The notes beneath the pieces are model-generated. The model did not search any database and was not told the origin of the DNA. It saw nothing but the letters and a program-made list of their open reading frames with translations. Shown piece after piece: positions 13,012 through 24,898 of a stretch of 64,000 nucleotides of DNA. Within the stretch, counting starts at the first letter, position 1, and every line of letters begins with the position of its first letter. This stretch comes from Iphione sp. A-MEVVRFRX5 (Eukaryota): NCBI GenBank assembly GCA_976226885.1, contig OZ320315.1, positions 81,282,001-81,346,000 of the forward strand, given 5' to 3'. A program made the translations under genes and the position numbers.

Positions 13012-15522
13012 GTGACGGAGCTCGGCAAGGACACGCTGCCCCACTGGCTCTACTATGACGCCGCCTCCCGCACGCTGCGCGGTCTGCCCTCCCAGGAGGA
13101 GGCCGGCTCCACGGTATACCTCCAGGTGCAGGCGCTGGGCGAGTTCAACAACGAGACGCAGTCGCATGCCAAGGACACCTTCTCCGTGTCCATCGTGGAG
13201 GACAGCTCCCACGCAAGCACGTCGGCCACGCCGCTGAAGGAGGCCTTCACGGAAGGCATGCGGCCCATCCGCTGTCCGGAAGGCTCGTCCGTCACCATGG
13301 TGACCATCATCGTCGACGCCGACCTGACGGCCAGCCGCGCGGAGGAGAAGGTGGGCCTGCTGCACGGGCTCTGCTCCCACCTGGGCATCCCGGCCGAGCT
13401 GCCGCGCCTCATGCCCGTGGGCAACCGGCCCATGTTTGACAGCTCGGCGCTGGTGGCCGGGCCCGGCGACGTCAAGCGGCCGCAGCACCCGGGCGCCGTG
13501 GTCCAGTGGGAGGTGGGTTGTGGGAACGTCAACGCCAACCACATGCCCGTGCTGCAGACGGTGGAGGCGACGGCGCACGACGGCTCGATGAGCGGCGCTG
13601 TGGGACACGGCATCATCGGCTGGCACGTGACCAACAACAAGATCCACGCGCCGCACCGCATGAAGCGGCAGGCGGCCATCCAGCCCACGGCCACCCTCCA
13701 GCCGTCGGTGGGGCCACCCACCCACCAGCCGGTACCCACCATAGTCATCGACGAGTCGGACCACCCGCCCACGCGGGTGGTGCCCAGTATGGCGTCCCCG
13801 ACCTTCCCCGGGGAGATCCAGCCGACGCGCACCAAGCACAAACACCACCACCGCACCAAGACCCGCGGCCGCCACCACCACCACGGGACCAAGCGGCCCA
13901 AACACTCGCCCACCAAGAAGCACCACCACCACAAGACTAAGTACCCCAAGACCCCCATGCCCACGCCCACCGTCATGCCCATCGTGCCCACGCGGGTGAT
14001 TGACGTGACGCCCACCGTCCTGGACACGTCGATGGAGCGGCCGCAGCCGACAGTGGGAGTGCTCAGTCCTGTCATGACCAGCACTGTCACCTTCCTCGAG
14101 CCCTCCATCACGCCCGGCCTGCCGCCTGTACGCACCACCGGCGCCACCGAGGTGCTGCCCACGCGCACCTACATCGTGCCCGAGGTGTCGGTCGAGCCGC
14201 CCGTCCGCCCCACCACCACCGACAGCGCGGCCCCGACTGACAGACCCAGCATGTCGGGCAAGACTACCGCCAAACCGACGACGACCGCCTCAGTCGAGCC
14301 CACCGACGAGCCCTTCAACTACGCGCCGATACTGAAGAACGACATCGACCGCATCTCGGTGACGGTGGGCGATGTGCTGGAGTACAAGGTGCCCAAGGAC
14401 ACCTTCTACGACTTCGAAGATGGCGGCACCGAGAACCTCAAGTTGGTCTTCCTCACGGTTGACGGGCTGACGCTGCCGCGCAACTCGTGGGTGCGCTTCA
14501 ACACCTCGAAGCAGACGCTCTACGGCCTGGCGCTGCCCAGCCACGTCGGCCGCCAGGAGTACCTTATGGCCGCCATTGACAGCCGCGGCAAGATCGCGCG
14601 CGACGCCTTCGAGATCGTGGTGCATCGTCGGCCCAACGAGCAGCGCATTAACCACGAATTCAGCCTGACGCTCGACCTCGAATACCGGAAGTTCCTCATC
14701 AACGTCGACAACCGCATAGACGTAGCCAAGAAGGTGGCGTCCATTTACGGCGACCCGGACGCGTCGAAGATCACGGTGACGAAAATTGCCGAGGGGTCGG
14801 TGGTGTACGCATGGACCAACAACAGCCTGCCCACTGACACGTGTCCCGTGCGCAAGATCGCCGACCTGCTGCAGTACCTGATCACGCACAACAACACGCT
14901 CAACCAGAGCATGGTGGCCGCCATGCTGCCCTACCGCGTTCTCAAGGCGGGCGCCCAGCCGCGCGGCGCCTGCAGCCCGCGGCTCATGCCGCCGGTAGAC
15001 TCCAGCCACGCGCCGCCCGTCAACCCCGGCCGCGTCGAGACGGCGCCGCGTGGGACCACCGACGAAGACGTCCTCATCACCACCCTGGTGCCGGCCATCG
15101 TCATCGCTGCCATGTTGCTGCTGGCCGGCCTCATCGCCTGCTTCCTCTACCGGAAGAAGCGCAAGGGCAAGCTGACGGCCGCCGACCAGCACACCTTCGT
15201 CAACAAGGGCATCCCCATCATCTTCGCCGACGAGCTGGAGGAGAAGCCCGACCCGCCAAGCAAGCCGCTAATACTCGACGATGAGAAGCCCCCGCTGCCG
15301 CCCCCCGGCTACCGACAGGCGTCGCTCGGCTCCGTACCGTCGACGCCCAACTCGGACCACAAGGAGCTGATCGAGACCACCGAGGACGAGCGCGACGACG
15401 CTGACATGGCGTCGCCACCTTACCAACCGCCGCCCCCGTTCACCGGCCCGCGTGACCACCGACAGCCGCGGCCCCGCAACCAACACGCTTACCGCAGCCC
15501 GCCGCCCTACGTGCCGCCCTAA
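13012..15522 (+). CDS. DAG1: Dystroglycan coding exon 2 (rest of alpha-DG and all of beta-DG); spliced protein 963 aa
   Basis: Acceptor gtgttttacag. Motifs: LPHWLYYD, furin site RMKR|Q, Thr/Pro mucin region, second cadherin-like domain, SEA cleavage EG|SVVYAWTNNSL, TM helix followed by RKKRKGK, C-terminal SPPPYVPP (PPxY WW-binding motif). Confidence 0.97.
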   Translation: MTELGKDTLPHWLYYDAASRTLRGLPSQEEAGSTVYLQVQALGEFNNETQSHAKDTFSVSIVEDSSHASTSATPLKEAFTEGMRPIRCPEGSSVTMVTIIVDADLTASRAEEKVGLLHGLCSHLGIPAELPRLMPVGNRPMFDSSALVAGPGDVKRPQHPGAVVQWEVGCGNVNANHMPVLQTVEATAHDGSMSGAVGHGIIGWHVTNNKIHAPHRMKRQAAIQPTATLQPSVGPPTHQPVPTIVIDESDHPPTRVVPSMASPTFPGEIQPTRTKHKHHHRTKTRGRHHHHGTKRPKHSPTKKHHHHKTKYPKTPMPTPTVMPIVPTRVIDVTPTVLDTSMERPQPTVGVLSPVMTSTVTFLEPSITPGLPPVRTTGATEVLPTRTYIVPEVSVEPPVRPTTTDSAAPTDRPSMSGKTTAKPTTTASVEPTDEPFNYAPILKNDIDRISVTVGDVLEYKVPKDTFYDFEDGGTENLKLVFLTVDGLTLPRNSWVRFNTSKQTLYGLALPSHVGRQEYLMAAIDSRGKIARDAFEIVVHRRPNEQRINHEFSLTLDLEYRKFLINVDNRIDVAKKVASIYGDPDASKITVTKIAEGSVVYAWTNNSLPTDTCPVRKIADLLQYLITHNNTLNQSMVAAMLPYRVLKAGAQPRGACSPRLMPPVDSSHAPPVNPGRVETAPRGTTDEDVLITTLVPAIVIAAMLLLAGLIACFLYRKKRKGKLTAADQHTFVNKGIPIIFADELEEKPDPPSKPLILDDEKPPLPPPGYRQASLGSVPSTPNSDHKELIETTEDERDDADMASPPYQPPPPFTGPRDHRQPRPRNQHAYRSPPPYVPP

Positions 15523-18500
15523 GGAGGGGCGGCGGCCGACGGAAAGCACAGACAACGCCCAGTAACTGTAGCGTATTTCTACCCACTACCACCATCTCCC
15601 CTCCTCCTACAACACCGACCAAGGTACGCGTATTGTACCAGGCGGTGTGACGTGGAGCCAGACAGACTTTGGCACTCGGACCACGCAGATAACAATGAAA
15701 GGGCATTCACCATGAACCACACTGTTAGCTTAGTGCGCTTGTTTGACACTGCCTTTGTTCTGCCTCCCTTGGGCCCTCCTCTTGAATTCAGCGCTATGCA
15801 ATCAGTTTCCCTAATTCCTTCATCCTCCTCTGTAGTGTAGAAACCAGTTTCTTCTCAATCTTCTTCCCTCTGCGATACTAACCAGAAGCTCCCTCCTCCC
15901 ACGCTTCTCCAGCGCTTGCTAGTCAGTGTCTCATACTGAACAATATCTGGGTGGTCTGAGCTCGATTTGCCATACAGGAAACAAACATATATATATGTAG
16001 GAAAACTGGCATAATATTTCACTGGGATAAAAAAAAGACTAGCTTGTCCAATCAGTTTCGATAGTGGAAGGGTGTCTGTGGTGTGGAGTGGCACTAGCAG
16101 TCAACATACTCGCGCGAATGGCGACCTTGAAGATAACAGGAAAGTTCTGACTCTTTGGTCTCTTTTAAATTCATCTCTAACCCTAGCTCTCTCTATATAT
16201 GATATCTTACGATGATTGAGGCAACGGGTGCGGACTCAGTCGTTGAGGATTAATGGTTGGAGCTTGCACAGTGTCACTAGGACTCAACTGCCGCCGTGAC
16301 CAAAACGCCATAGTGGAAGTACGTATGGTGTAGATCTGTAGCCATCGTCCCCGACCTTATTACTACTCTTGTCACTACTACAGACATTCGTTAATAGCCA
16401 ATTATAATAACTGGACGTTTCCTGACGTTAACTGGCCCACATTCAGGAATATTTTCGTTATTCTTCGCATCTACCTATCTATATACATATATAGTGTCGA
16501 CTGACCTAGGTGCAAGCCGCTTTATGGGAATGCGCTTGAAGTTATATATATATATATCTAAATATATGACACGTCTCCCACCGGTTCATACAACAGTGCA
16601 TAACTTACAGTGCAATTTCATCCCTCCCCCCAAAGTTGTTAAAGTGTATGAAACGTGCTGCTCGTTTAGCCCTCGCCGGCCCTAGTTACAGCCCGCCCGA
16701 GGAGAGCGCGGCGTCGTACTACATTGTATTTAAGTTCATTTGATTGTAGAAATATTGAATTGTTTTTGGTGCTGCTGTATACCAAGTATTTTAACAGGTT
16801 TTATTAGCCTCAAAATAGCGACCCCGTATTTTACTTCTTTTACATCACAACCATACTTGCCTCTAGTGAAGTGAATCATAATGGGAAGGTCACGTCCAAT
16901 GACGGTGACCAACTTAATACGCGACATGCTACAATGTCGCTGTCTTTGTGATGTTTTTTTTTGTCGCATACTATTTTTGTCAGGATATATATGAACGATT
17001 TGTGTTGCCAGGAATGATTATAACTTCATGACAGTGTATCATATCTATACACACAACATAAACATTATTTTTTGTCGGTGTTTTTGTTCGTATAGTTGAA
17101 TGTGCATGGCTGGTTCTCCCGTGTTTGAAGTTTGCGTACAGTGTTTTGATTGTTTCCATCACAGTGGACCAAATCTGTCTTTACAAAGGAAACGGTCTTT
17201 TTGCTTGTTTAAAAAAATGGTGCCCTCCTACAAAAATGAAATAATTATGAAGTAATTATGCATCATTAACACCTAGTCCTCTGTTACATGTTACATACTT
17301 GGAAGAAGGAGCTGCGTTTGCACAGCTGGAATTCCTGTCACTCTATGATGCACTTCTCTATTTAAGGTAGTGCCTTTGGTAGTTCTGTGGAATGTAGAAA
17401 TTTGTCCATGAAAAATATTCAGCCCTGTATATCTTCATCCATGCACGTGCAAACTAAGACACGGCATAGACTTGCGGACTAGACAGTGATTTTCCTGCTA
17501 AATCTTAGGATAAGATATTATCCCCGAGTCTTGTACTAGTATGAATATGGATGGGTGCTTGTGAGGATTTTCACTTCAACCAGTAAACACAGACGCGAGA
17601 ATACCCAAGTATCTGCAGCTCAGCAAAGCTGTGTTCGCGAGAGACTACATGTCCAGGCTACCTTTAGATTAGAGATTACGTATTATAAGTGAATTACGTG
17701 CATGTACTTTAAGCAAAATATTATCAATAATACAAATATGTATCTTCGTTCATTCGTTCATTCGACCTGATGTATCCTATAAGCAGATTGAGAGGTGCAA
17801 GCAACCGAATGATGCCGGAAAAAACACAAAACATAACAGCGTTGCAGTTTAGGTGTTTTCGACGCCTTTCAGTGAGGCTGTTCATTTTGTGGATGAATGT
17901 TTTTATCTATTGACAGTGTGCCAAGCTGAACATGTTAGACTCAGTGGAGCAGAGAGGGCTTTTATCTGTTTGAAGTTCAGTGCGAACTACCTCCTCGGTG
18001 TGCCGTACACCCGTTACCTTAAATAGATGTTACTACATACATATTTATAATCCGATGAAGGACACGAATGGTTTTGATTTGTCATGCTTTTTCCCCCCAC
18101 CAGGAATCCTCACGTTTTAAAGTTAAGGGACAGCGATTATATTAACCGGTTTTTGCTTTAATAAGGAGCGATATGAACGAAGGCGTCGTAGAATTCACTA
18201 GAAAGGAATACGACTCAACTGTTTTGTTTTACTGACTAAAAGGCCACACAGTAATACCACGAGATTGAAGGCCGTCAAGGGGATACTGATTGATTGTACA
18301 GTTCATGAATGATTTTGAAGTTCTAAACAACTGCCACCATATTCTATGTGAGCTCCCTTTGTATGTCTTGTATACTAGGAAAAAATAGGAAGCAGTCCAA
18401 GTCATCATACTTTATGTATCATAGCATGTCATACTCAAAATAAAACATTTTGAAATCAGTTTCGATGTTTCCTTTTCAAACATGGTAGGTATAAATAGAG

Positions 18501-19298
18501 AACATGGAGGATATTCATGACATAACAAAGTATCATAATTTTATCAATTCTTTGTCAGTTTCTTTACATGCTCAGAATGGATTATGGAATTCGAAATCAA
18601 CTCTCACGAAAATTTGGCAAAGCACACTAGTGGGTAGTACTACATTGAAAACTCAAGGTGGCATCGCCATAGACAACGTAGTAAGTTGCTATATTTTCCA
18701 CCAGGTGCCGTACCACAGGCTCTTATGTTACCCCGTCTTCTTGGACCTGGCTACAGATATCTTCTTTTATTCTTAAACTTTGATTTGACTGATTTACAGT
18801 TTATTTCCAGTATTTCATAATACAGTCAAATTTACGATTTGTCTTCAGTTAAAGAATAATAAAAAAAGGGAATACCACGTGTCAAACAAACGAATCAGCC
18901 AATGTTTGTAAGCATATAAGAAATCTCAGGCTAACAAATCAAAAACACAACAGGTACAACTTTGAAGTAAGCTCCAGTCTTTGAAACTATGACTGTGTAT
19001 ATTTATTAAACTGAACATTATACAGTACAATTTTAAGAGTATACATATATATATATACTGAAATCACACTATACCCTCCGTATACCCTCACTCTTATCAT
19101 ATTTGATATGGATCGTCTCAGTGGGTAAGATAGAAGTACATTGTAGATTGTTTCGTCAACGTAGGCCCGGTTTCCTTACCTGCATTGCCTGATGTGAAGA
19201 TGTGTAAGATCTCTGTGTCCATTATGTGCTTATTTTGCCACGCAGCCTCATGGAAAGGGGTGTCTTGAGCCTGCATTGAGCCTACATTGAATTGATGT

Positions 19299-19418
19299 GA
19301 AAAAGGGCTAAAAATGGCAAATCTGCCCGGGAAAAGTGCTAAAAACAGTGAATTTGATGGGAAAACTGCTAAAAACGGCAAATCTGATGGAAAAGGGGTT
19401 AACGAGTGAAATTGTGGG
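19299..19418. repeat. Degenerate minisatellite, about 4 copies of a 30 bp unit
   Basis: Units like ggaaaa(g/c)tgctaaaaac(a/g)g(t/c)(g/a)aat(t/c)tgatg starting near 19299, 19330, 19360 and 19390. Confidence 0.75.
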
Positions 19419-21010
19419 AAGATGTCTAGAAATGTGCAGAAAACCGCATAGAGAAGTGAGGAAAAGTGAGTTAATGTGGGGAAAAATGAGGAAATGTGCC
19501 TACCACAAAGGATATATCCTCTATCTTACAGTATGTTTATGCGCTTGTGCAGTAAATTACCGAGCAATAATGGTCAATGCCACGTAATGCAAGCTAACCC
19601 AGATGGACAGCTCACACAGGTAAGGAAAACCCCACAATGAAATCAACTTGTCCTTTAAAATCGCAGACACATGCAGACAAACGCAATGGATGAGCCAAGC
19701 AGGTAAGGAAAACTTGGCAGTAGCACTTCGAAAATATACGCGAAGATTTCTTTTCATGCATTGAAATTTGAAGGGAACATCGGAGCATGGTTTATGCGTT
19801 GCATTATAGTCATTAAAATAACCAGGACTACGAATTCGGGAAGAGAATTCAAGCACGAACACTTGCGATAGTACAACAAAAATGAAAATTAGAAGTTTCC
19901 ACTTGATGGAGAGAATTATATGGCTAATGGCTTTTTCTAGAACGTGTCATTATCTTATACTAGTGTAAAACAAGCATCACTTTTGATTTCTTTGTAAATA
20001 TACCTGATCCATTTATCACTTGGCAACACGAAAATAGGGCCTCTAATCAAGACACTAAATGTGGCAACTTGTAAATTAGGGGTTATACATGTATAAATAT
20101 AGAATGTATCTGAATATATATGATTATAATCATTGCATCGCAAAAATAGATACGTAGAGTTGTTTCGCACCAGCACGAACACATTGCTTCATTGAAATAC
20201 AGTAAGTTATGTTGATCTGGAAATGAATACTCATCTCCAACGTTCCACATAGATCGAGTACGGCACTTTCCCTAGTTTTATTCTTCAACGGGTGTCTATC
20301 AACTGGACAACGCAATAATTAAGTTGATGACAAGACTGGTGCACAACTACTCAGCTACTACTCTTAACCTTAACCTGTCCCGCATCTCCTTTGTTTATAT
20401 TAAGTATAAATACATGAATATATATATATATTGATGCGCTTCAACAAGTGGAGTTTACTAGAAAAGGAAATGCGCATTAAGCCATTCGATAAATAGTTTG
20501 TACCTAACATAAGGTTGATATAAGTAACACTATTATTTATTAGGGAAATACCCTGGTTACAGCAGGAGATAAAAGGATTACGTTTAGCATTCTACGCATG
20601 CCAGGGAGTCGTACTAGCCTGCCCCACTGACCGCCAGGTGACCGCCAAACAATCGCCTCGTTCGGAAAGAACCAGAATTCTCCATTTCAATTGGAGCATG
20701 TCCTGACCTAGGTACATATATTCACTTCGATAAAAATCTGAAACATTTCAGGCAGCACGGTGGGAAATAATGCACTTCACGCGAACTCACGTTGATGTCG
20801 ATTGATATTCTGTAGAGTGCCACCGTCTTCAATACGATTTGACATACATGTACATGCACTGATAATTCAAGGATTTATACGTCGTCAACAAGCGAGCGAT
20901 CCCTGGAGTATTTCAGTGCTCGTGAGACTGCCAATACTTTTAGTTACATGTAGTTATTTGGAGGTCCTCAGTGCACTCTTAAGAGCAACCTCATACACAT
21001 GTACTCACAG

Positions 21011-21080
21011 GCATTCTCTCGACTGCTTTCGTAGTTAAGGACTAGGGTCAGTCGATCTGATCGAGGACAACAACAATGTG
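21011..21080 (+). CDS. Candidate start exon of the APMAP-like gene (5' UTR + ATG TG at 21076-21080)
   Basis: Acceptor cacag, strong start context caacaATG and perfect donor |gtaagt in phase 2, compatible with the phase-2 exon at 22989. No homology support is possible for two codons. Confidence 0.35.
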
Positions 21081-22988
21081 GTAAGTACTTTTCAATGCTG
21101 GACAAATATCAACCACAGCATATTGTGCTAGGGACCGCTGGATGATTCATGGAGGTCAATTAACACCCGTCAATTCCCAGATACATGTATATAGATGTAC
21201 GAAGGTATATAATCGATTGAGATTACATCATCAAACGTTCAACCTTCAAACATAACTCATCATTACTTTTGCAAAGCATGGCCATTTCCCCAGATATTGT
21301 TTTAATATATAGTTACATTCAGAACGCCCGTGTTATCATACAACAGTGCCACCATCATCACTGATGATGTTAATAGTGTGAAGTGATCACCAGGGCGCTA
21401 GCCGCGGTTTATAAGTAAATGAGGAAATGTATGTATTAGATTATTCTGGTTATGAATAGTATTAATACATGCTATGTTAACAATTACGCTAGTGGAGGAA
21501 TTCAAAAGTAAGTAAAATGCATGTGGAACCCTAGTAACAGATTTATTTTGTTATTAAGCACTCACCAAGAAGAAAATGTTTGAGAATATAGCACATTTGG
21601 AAATGATGCATCTTGTCGTATCTTTCATATGATAGTACTTTATGTGATCATTTCTTTTCCCCAAAGGTGAAGCATAATAGAAATAATAATAAATACAAAG
21701 GCCCTGATTAATATAAATGACACTTAATATCAAATGGCTAATCATCCGATATAAAACATACATAGCACCAGTATTGCGACCAATATTACATGATATGGTC
21801 ATCATATTCAATCTTTTCCTAAAGCTGGCTCCATCGATTTGATTCGGCGAGCACATGCAATGCAATCTCTATAAACGCGAGCAGCTCACAGTTGATCTGG
21901 ATAAGGGATGTGCCGCACAGCCACGGCCGATAGAGAGCCGGGCGCGACGTCCAGTCCGGGGGATTCGGAGCAGGGCAGTGTTCAATGATCCATGATGATC
22001 TAGGCTTCTATGGGACGGTTCACTGTCCCACATTAATGGACAGGTCAGGTTTTCTATCTGCCTCCTTCAGCTGTGACTCAGTGAGAGCTGTGTACGGACC
22101 ATCCATCTGGAGAGGATGATTACTGCCTGACCTCTGCACCTGGAGCATAATAAACATACTAAGACCTGTAGCCTGAAGCTAATCAGTTATCATTGTTATC
22201 CATATTTAGGCCCGTAATGCAATATTTCGAATTCGTCATATAAAAAATCAGGTTATCTCTGCGACTTAATGTAGTTAACGCGGCTTCATTTAACAAAATA
22301 CAGATATCCTTTGCATTTTACCTATTGCATATAATACCTCTGTACAACCCCAACCCAATTTCTATTGATTCAAGATGGTTCCTTTGTTTTTTCTTCCTTT
22401 TCTGCTTTTTTTTTGCTTTACCTTGTTGTAGCAGTTGTTTGACTTGCACCCATATGACCTTATGTATCACGTTAAAAACGGAAAGTCCTCTATCACCTTA
22501 CCCCGCAATCTGAGCATCGATAAGAACTAAACAACAAAGACGTTAAGCGCCTCCATATGTGTTTATAAATGTGCAGGATCTTTGTTGGAGAAAGCGTGAT
22601 GTTTTGCGCTCACAATGCTATGTCAGTAAATCATTGCTTTCTTCACAGGGGGCAATATACTTATCAAAGTGTAACCCTTGAATTGCAGCCGGCATCAACC
22701 CCTAGTCAAGCATACTGTTACCATATTGGTTGTTCTTCTAGCAGTTTTCATTTATTACATACCATCGCCTATAGATCCTGATCCATACAGGTTTGTTTGC
22801 AATTTTTAATTTTGCATTCACTCATCCATGATCAGTATAATTATAACGCCATATGGTGTCATGATTTCTACATGGAAGTGATGATAGATGTATGTATGTC
22901 ACGATTTATAATAAATCTTCTGTTACTTTTCGCATAAACGAATTTGCAAAATCCACTCCTTTAAAGGCACACTCTCCGTGTTCGACAG

Positions 22989-23110
22989 GTTTGAGAAGGC
23001 ACCGCCTAGGTTAGTGGGGACCCTGCAACCAAACCGCCGCCTAGCGAGATTAGGAAGGCTCCATGGAGGGCTCATTATTGGGCCCGAGTCATTCACAGCT
23101 GATTCATATG
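22989..23110 (+). CDS. APMAP: APMAP/strictosidine synthase-like exon (FEKAPPRLVGTLQPNRRL...GPESF)
   Basis: AG/GT boundaries; matches APMAP pattern PP.L.G.L.PN..L....L......GPES. Confidence 0.85.
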
Positions 23111-23794
23111 GTCAGTAAATTTTCAAACAATTGAAATTCTTACTGGTTAATCAGGACAGTTGTAATTAGTAAATTAATGCTAAAGTGTTCAGTCAAGTCA
23201 AACCTCGTCATCTATATTGCTCTGGTTCTAGCATTGTCATCCGGATAACACAATATTTCAATGAATTAAGCTTATATAAAGAGGGCAATGATGCTGTGTT
23301 ACATGAAAATGCATCCAGATAAGGCCTAAAAATATAGGGTCGGGAGGTAGGTGTATTGTTTTCAATGTTAAGTGTCACTGAAAGTAACAAATGTATATGG
23401 TAATATAATTTCTACTGCTTAGATATTAAGGTGACTGGTGACATGTTAAAGCTGGTTATGTAAGGAACAGTATGGCGTATTTTATAAGTCTGTAGCATTA
23501 TTTATCCTGAAAATATCACAAAACAGTGAAAAAAATCAAGAACTCCATAAGGACAAAAATCAGGATTAGTCGGGTTACTAGAAACACAGATTTGTTTTAC
23601 CAGGCCGAATGAGAAGATGCCTGGATACCTAGGCTTTACTAAGCTAGTTTTTATGTTGTTTTCATCTAAGCGTATTGGTATTTGCCCGCAGCACCATGCA
23701 AACCTTCTTCATGTTAAAGAAGTAGATTTTTTCTTTGAAATCACTTCGTCGTTGGAAATCACATAACCTATACACGTATGGTCCTATCCTGCAG

Positions 23795-23893
23795 GAAACA
23801 TATATACTGGAACTGCCGATGGACAGATATGGAAGTTCAATACGACACACGCGAGGAGCCTTGCCCGAGTTGGAGCCAATCTGACAGACTGTG
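23795..23893 (+). CDS. APMAP: APMAP-like exon (GNIYTGTADGQIWK...DC)
   Basis: Conserved YTGTADG motif, phase 1-1; the donor gtacct is non-consensus. Confidence 0.85.
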
Positions 23894-24898
23894 GTACCTG
23901 GCCGTAGACTCATCCCACCTCGTAATGATGAACTTCAATCCACACTTCTGAGTTGAGCTGGAAATAACATTGATATGTTACTCGTCTTTTGGCGGTAAAA
24001 TGCACTCATGCTCTCAGATAGAGCCACAACATTCACATGCATATATCCATTATCTATCGAATATCAGTCTGAAAAATGCCCTGAAGTTTTGGGCCTTTCC
24101 TCTATCTCTAGATAAGAAGAAACCACTGTGCACCAGGTTTGTCCGGTAGGGTACATGTTCTATCATCTGCTTGAAACTGGCAGTTTATTTTTTCCTCCAT
24201 CAGATGAAGATGCTCAGCTTGGAAAAGGTGCATTGTCAACTCTGTTATTTACATAGGAAATTCTTTTCTAAATATTCCCTTTTCAATAATCAATATACAT
24301 CACATGCGACTAACTTGGCCCGAGTTAAAATCTCTGGTTTTCTCTGTCTGTAAATGTAATGGTCAACGATGTATTTATCACCATTTACGTGTGGTACATG
24401 GGCATCATGCGTGTTAGCTAAGTGAAAATTAGGCTTCACATGGTTATATCTTTATAAAATGTAATACTTCAATTCACCCCAGACATGAACTGAATTCAGT
24501 AAATATTTTATTTCATTTGTAACCATAACTGGATACAGCTTCTCTTAGTTACCTCCGAATGTGTTCATCAGTTATAATCAATCTACCAAGATGGCGCTGA
24601 CGCATGAACACGCACTGTGAATGCGCTCTGTGGAAATTGTATCAGAAATGTCGGCTATGTACTGAATACAAGCCTGAAAAGCTCTAACATGGCAGGATAG
24701 CAACCGTAATGGATACTGAACTGAAATTGCTGTACAAAAACTATCCTGTACGAGCGGATTACACCATTTCACCACTACAAAACTGACCTACCGCGACACC
24801 CAGCCTAATGACCGTTAAGGTTTAAACTGGTCATTGCATAGGACGCTACCGAGACACTAGCTACAACTTCTGAGCGCTGCTGATAATATATAACCACA

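Noticed and set aside
13006-15706. Long antisense and alternative-frame ORFs (308, 371, 300 aa and others)
   Set aside because: Shadows of the GC-rich DAG1 coding exon.
22018-22140. Minus-strand exon-like frame VQRSGSNHPLQMDGPY...NVGQ*
   Set aside because: Good acceptor but no homology and no partner exons.
22304-22312. ATATCCTTT, matching the U12 AT-AC donor consensus
   Set aside because: No matching upstream exon or U12 branch point and AC acceptor found; likely chance.
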